64,000 nt of DNA from an uncultured Nitrospinota bacterium. Lineage in GTDB: Bacteria; Nitrospinota; Nitrospinia; Nitrospinales; JAJDAT01. Shown piece by piece: positions 60,651 to 64,000 of this stretch (positions within the stretch are counted from its first letter, which is position 1; every line of letters begins with the position of its first letter). The notes below the pieces were generated by a model that saw only the letters and a list, made by a program, of their open reading frames with translations, did no database searches and was not told where the DNA came from. The stretch covers positions 67,743 to 131,742 of the forward strand of contig CAZMZH010000001.1 in assembly GCA_964570665.1 (NCBI GenBank). The letters are read 5' to 3'. The position numbers and the translations under genes were made by a program.

Positions 60651-60723
60651 TGAGCCGTGAAGGAATCGAACCTTCAACCTATTGATTAAGAGTCAATTGC
60701 TCTGCCAGTTGAGCTAACGGCCC
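60651..60723 (-). tRNA. tRNA-Lys (anticodon CUU)
   Basis: The reverse complement gggccgt-ta-gctc-aactggc-agagc-a-attga-ctCTTaa-tcaat-aggtt-gaagg-ttcgatt-ccttc-acggctc-a folds as a 73-nt cloverleaf. No CCA is encoded. Confidence 0.9.
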
Positions 60724-60840
60724 ACTTTTTTCTTATTATTTGACTCAAATTAGCATGCCTACATATTCGAGTCAATAATCACTATCCTCTCAACTAACTC
60801 TTTTCCATTCTCATCGATTCTTCTATATTTTTGATCTCTA

Positions 60841-60885
60841 GAGGCTTCTAAGGTACATGCTTCTCCGAAGCATAGATTCCTCGAC
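60841..60885. repeat. 45-nt repeat R1, isolated first copy
   Basis: gaggcttctaaggtacatgcttctccgaagcatagattcctcgac recurs at 61030-61074 and 61325-61369 with 1-2 mismatches. Confidence 0.9.
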
Positions 60886-60889
60886 ATTG

Positions 60890-61074
60890 ATTAAATCGAG
60901 GCGAGATCCTTCGCAGAACCTAAAGGTTCGCCTCAGGAAGACATTTCGTGGGAATGGGATTAAACCAAAGGAACTTTTATTTTGCAATCATCCTACTAAA
61001 CTTAAAACCAAAAGGTAGTCGCGGTTCGAGAGGCTTCTAAGGTACATACTTCTCCGAAGCATAGATCCCTCGAC
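60890..61074. repeat. 185-nt direct repeat (R2+R1), copy 1
   Basis: attaaatcgaggcgagatccttcgcagaacctaaaggttcgcctcagg...ggttcgagaggcttctaagg... is repeated 295 nt downstream with about 5 mismatches by eye. Confidence 0.9.
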
Positions 61075-61184
61075 GGAGTTTATCCTGAGCTTGCCGAAGG
61101 ACCTGGATGACGCGCGCGGGACTTTGCAACTCTAGTTCTTTTTTCAATTAACGTGTGAAACAAGTCAGACACTCGGAATGACTA

Positions 61185-61369
61185 ATTAAATCGAGGCGAG
61201 ATCCTTCGCAGAACCTAAAGGTTCGCCTCAGGAAGACATTTCGTGGGAATGGGATTAAACCAAAGGAACTTTTATTTTGCAATCATCCTACAAGACTTAA
61301 AACCAAAAGGTGGTCGTGGTTCGAGAGGCTTCTAAGGTACATACTTCTCCGAAGCATAGATTCCTCGAC
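61185..61369. repeat. 185-nt direct repeat (R2+R1), copy 2
   Basis: See copy 1. Both copies are GC-richer than the flanks and contain the stem gaggcg...cgcctc enclosing aacc-taaa-ggtt. Confidence 0.9.
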
Positions 61370-61696
61370 ATTGCTCGGAATGACTATTTGCATCGAGTAT
61401 TCAGCGCCGCAAGTTCGGATATATCAGCATAAATTTTGCTCCCCTTCCTAAGAATCGAAGTAACAAACTTTTTTCTATACATATATATAGTCCAAATCTT
61501 TAAAAATCCTGGATTTACACTCGAACTCCTTAAAAACTAAAGACTTTCCTTTAATTTATTGGAATGTTTGGCTTTAAACCCATTCTTGGCATCAAGTTTG
61601 CTCTTAACAGTATTGTTAGGAAAAATGTCGGTTTTTTTGACGTTTTCCGTGTAGTTGAACCACTCAATAAAAGTTATCGCCACAGGATATTTGGAA

Positions 61697-63781
61697 ATGA
61701 ATGAAAAGGGTTTCTTATCGGTTTTAAAAAGATCCAACGAGTTTTTCATCGCTTTTGGAGTGATATCGGTCCTCGTGATCATGGTCATTCCAATCCCGAC
61801 GTTCTTTTTGGATTTGCTACTTTCATTCAGCCTCACCGCTTCCTTAGTCATCCTGATGGTTTCGGTCTTTATGAAATCTCCTTTGGAGTTTTCTGTTTTT
61901 CCTTCGTTACTATTGATCGTCACTTTATTGCGGTTATCCCTTAACGTCGCTTCTACTCGAATCATTCTATTAAATGGAAATACCGGAGTCGACGCGGCGG
62001 GGCAAGTGATTAAATCTTTTGGAGCATTTGTGGTTGGCGGCAACTTTGTTGTCGGTACCGTCATCTTCCTCATTTTAGTTTTGATCAACTTCATCGTTAT
62101 CACTAAAGGTTCGGTTAGAACGTCGGAAGTCGCCGCTCGGTTTACCTTGGACGCTATTCCGGGCAAGCAAATGAGCATCGACGCCGACTTGAACGCCGGA
62201 ATCATTACGGAAGATCAAGCGCGAGAGCGTAGAAAAAACTTGGAACGCGAAGCGGACTTTTATGGATCTATGGACGGAGCCATACGGTTTGTTCGCGGGG
62301 ATGCCATCGCCGGTATCATCATCACCGTTATCAATGTTTTAGGCGGTTTCTCCATAGGCGTCCTGCAAAATGATTTATCCATCGCGGAAGCGGCTGAAGT
62401 CTATACCTTATTAACAATCGGCGACGGACTGGTTTCTCAACTCCCCGCTTTGATTATATCCACTGCGGCCGGTATGGTTGTTACCCGAACCGCTTCGGAC
62501 CAAAATTTAGCCACTGAGTTGGGCGAGCAATTATTAAACCATCCCAACGCTTTTCATATTGCCGGCGGTTCGCTTTTCTTATTTGGGTTGATCCCAGGCT
62601 TGCCTCACCTACCTTTCTTCTTTTTAGGCGCCACCGCTGTTGCGATCGCTTATTTTAATGCGGAAGGGAAAAAGGCACAGAAACAAATAGAAGCCAAAAG
62701 ACAAGAAGAAGTCTCAAAAGCGCCGGTTCAGGAAAAAGTGGAATCCATTCTTCCCTTGGACGCGATGGAGTTGGAAGTTGGTTACGAATTGATTCCTTTG
62801 GTGGACTCGGATCGCAACGGCGAACTCTTGGATCGCATCAAGTCCATTCGAAGACAATTTGCTTTGGAAATGGGCTTCATTGTTCCGCCTTTGCATATCC
62901 GCGATAACTTACAACTGAAACCAAACGAATACGCCATCTTGATTAAAGGCGTTGAAGTCGCCAAAGGATCGATCATGATGGAAAGATTTATGGCTATGAA
63001 CCCTGGAACGGTTAAAAAAGAAATCGACGGTATCGATACGAAAGAGCCTACTTTTGGATTACCCGCCAAATGGATCACGTCCGCCATGAAACAAGAAGCG
63101 ACGGTTTCCGGGTATACGGTGGTTGATCCAACAACCGTAACGACAACGCATATTAAAGAAACTATCAAACGCCATGCGCACGAATTGGTGGGACGTCAAG
63201 AAGTTCAAAACCTCTTAGAAAAACTAAAAGAAACCAATCCTAAAGTTATTGAAGAATTGATTCCGAACCTATTGAGCTTAGGTAAAGTACAAAAAGTACT
63301 GCAAAACATGCTTAAAGAACAATTATCGATTCGCGATTTACGAACGATTTTGGAAAGCTTAGCGGACTTCGCGGCAAGCGTTCAAGACCCCGACGTCTTA
63401 ACGGAGTTTGTTCGACAGTCGTTGGCGCGTCCGATCACCAAACAATATCAGGCTACGGATGGAAGTCTTTCGGTAATGACTTTCGATAAGAGCGTGGAAG
63501 ATGTTATCGCCGGATCGATTCAAAAAACAGAGCTTTCGTCTTACTTAGCGCTGGAACCAACGGTAGCCGAAAAAATTATCACTCAACTAAAAGGCTCCGT
63601 CGATACGATTACGCCAATGTTAGAAACTCCTCCGGTTTTATTAGCCTCGCCTATGATCCGGATGTACGTCAGAAAGTTAACCGAAAGATTCTTGCCGGAC
63701 TTGGCGATCCTTTCGCATAACGAAATTTTACCAACCGTTCAAATAAAAACTTTGAAAGTCGTAGGGTTAAATGCAAATTAA
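61697..63781 (+). CDS. flhA: flagellar export apparatus protein FlhA
   Basis: The N-terminal TM region plus FHIRDN-type block (PPLHIRDNLQLKPNEY) and the C-terminal cytoplasmic domain are typical of FlhA. I prefer the ATG at 61697 (MNEKGFLSVLKRSNEF...) over the TTG at 61655 given in the ORF track. Confidence 0.9.
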   Translation: MNEKGFLSVLKRSNEFFIAFGVISVLVIMVIPIPTFFLDLLLSFSLTASLVILMVSVFMKSPLEFSVFPSLLLIVTLLRLSLNVASTRIILLNGNTGVDAAGQVIKSFGAFVVGGNFVVGTVIFLILVLINFIVITKGSVRTSEVAARFTLDAIPGKQMSIDADLNAGIITEDQARERRKNLEREADFYGSMDGAIRFVRGDAIAGIIITVINVLGGFSIGVLQNDLSIAEAAEVYTLLTIGDGLVSQLPALIISTAAGMVVTRTASDQNLATELGEQLLNHPNAFHIAGGSLFLFGLIPGLPHLPFFFLGATAVAIAYFNAEGKKAQKQIEAKRQEEVSKAPVQEKVESILPLDAMELEVGYELIPLVDSDRNGELLDRIKSIRRQFALEMGFIVPPLHIRDNLQLKPNEYAILIKGVEVAKGSIMMERFMAMNPGTVKKEIDGIDTKEPTFGLPAKWITSAMKQEATVSGYTVVDPTTVTTTHIKETIKRHAHELVGRQEVQNLLEKLKETNPKVIEELIPNLLSLGKVQKVLQNMLKEQLSIRDLRTILESLADFAASVQDPDVLTEFVRQSLARPITKQYQATDGSLSVMTFDKSVEDVIAGSIQKTELSSYLALEPTVAEKIITQLKGSVDTITPMLETPPVLLASPMIRMYVRKLTERFLPDLAILSHNEILPTVQIKTLKVVGLNAN

Positions 63782-64000
63782 AAAATTTAAAGCCAAAAAC
63801 TTTTCTAAGGCATTGGAAGACGTCAAAAAAGAACTGGGCGAAAATGCTTTAATTCTTAACACACGGTCGTTAACCGGCAATGGTTCCTCTTCTTTAAATG
63901 GAGTAGAAGTTACCGTTGCGGTCGATCACCCAGAAGACAATGAAGACTTCAAAGAAATCATTGAGCAAGCGGAAGCTAAAATTGCTACCGAAGAACAAGA
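63771..64000 (+). CDS. flhF: flagellar biosynthesis GTPase FlhF (N-terminal part; continues beyond the window)
   Basis: Hand translation gives MQIKKFKAKNFSKALEDVKKELGENALILNTRS..., the canonical FlhF N-terminus. The ATG overlaps the flhA end by 11 nt. Confidence 0.8.
   Translation, partial: MQIKKFKAKNFSKALEDVKKELGENALILNTRSLTGNGSSSLNGVEVTVAVDHPEDNEDFKEIIEQAEAKIATEEQ

Noticed and set aside
38782-60723. Integrase, excisionase or transposase genes expected for tRNA-associated islands
   Set aside because: I looked through all listed ORFs and the long non-coding stretches (38343-39128, 59858-60650) and found nothing recombinase-like. The island interpretation therefore rests only on the repeats and is scored accordingly.
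61017-61035. ggttcgag in the 185-nt repeats as a tRNA T-arm (a tRNA-derived element)
   Set aside because: The flanking bases do not form a T stem or an acceptor stem. The resemblance is limited to about 8 nt.
60841-61390. CRISPR array
   Set aside because: The repeat period is 295 nt with long shared units, not 25-40-nt repeats with unique spacers. No cas genes are in the window.
61537-62205. 222-aa minus-strand ORF overlapping the start of flhA
   Set aside because: It lies antisense to a confidently identified flhA, has a low-complexity Thr/Lys/Pro-rich translation and no motif. It is a typical shadow ORF.

Overview
Low-GC (mid-30s % by eye, not computed) bacterial chromosomal segment from a flagellated, diderm-type organism. 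I cannot name the organism from sequence alone. There are four parts. (1) 1-26.8 kb is a large surface-glycan locus. It holds CDP-glucose and GDP-fucose precursor genes and an oxidoreductase/aminotransferase/acetyltransferase amino-sugar triad. It also holds four Dpm1/ArnC-like GT2 enzymes, three very large polytopic membrane proteins (two are clear paralogs), three B12-binding-type radical SAM paralogs, one radical SAM/SPASM protein and a Rieske protein. (2) 27-38.3 kb holds a decayed hybrid histidine kinase, an atypical receiver plus HDOD pair, and a DUF211 plus VIT-like membrane pair. It also holds a secreted beta-propeller, a solitary 1180-aa KAP-family P-loop NTPase with extra N-terminal modules, and a cytochrome P460-like operon. 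(3) 38.8-60.7 kb is an accessory mosaic subdivided by three same-orientation pseudo-copies of the 3' part of tRNA-Lys(CUU); the intact gene is at 60651-60723. The mosaic contains small orphan ORFs, a tip-only MCP fragment, a racemase plus DUF1611 pair and one visibly GC-richer gene. It also contains a 1.7-kb SGNH-hydrolase cassette and an 11-kb transporter plus tyrosine/homogentisate-to-acetyl-CoA block. (4) 60.8-61.4 kb holds unexplained GC-richer structured direct repeats, followed by flhA and the start of flhF. I found no integrase, transposase, CRISPR array or rRNA. All calls rest on reading the ORF translations and the DNA by eye; no database search was run.
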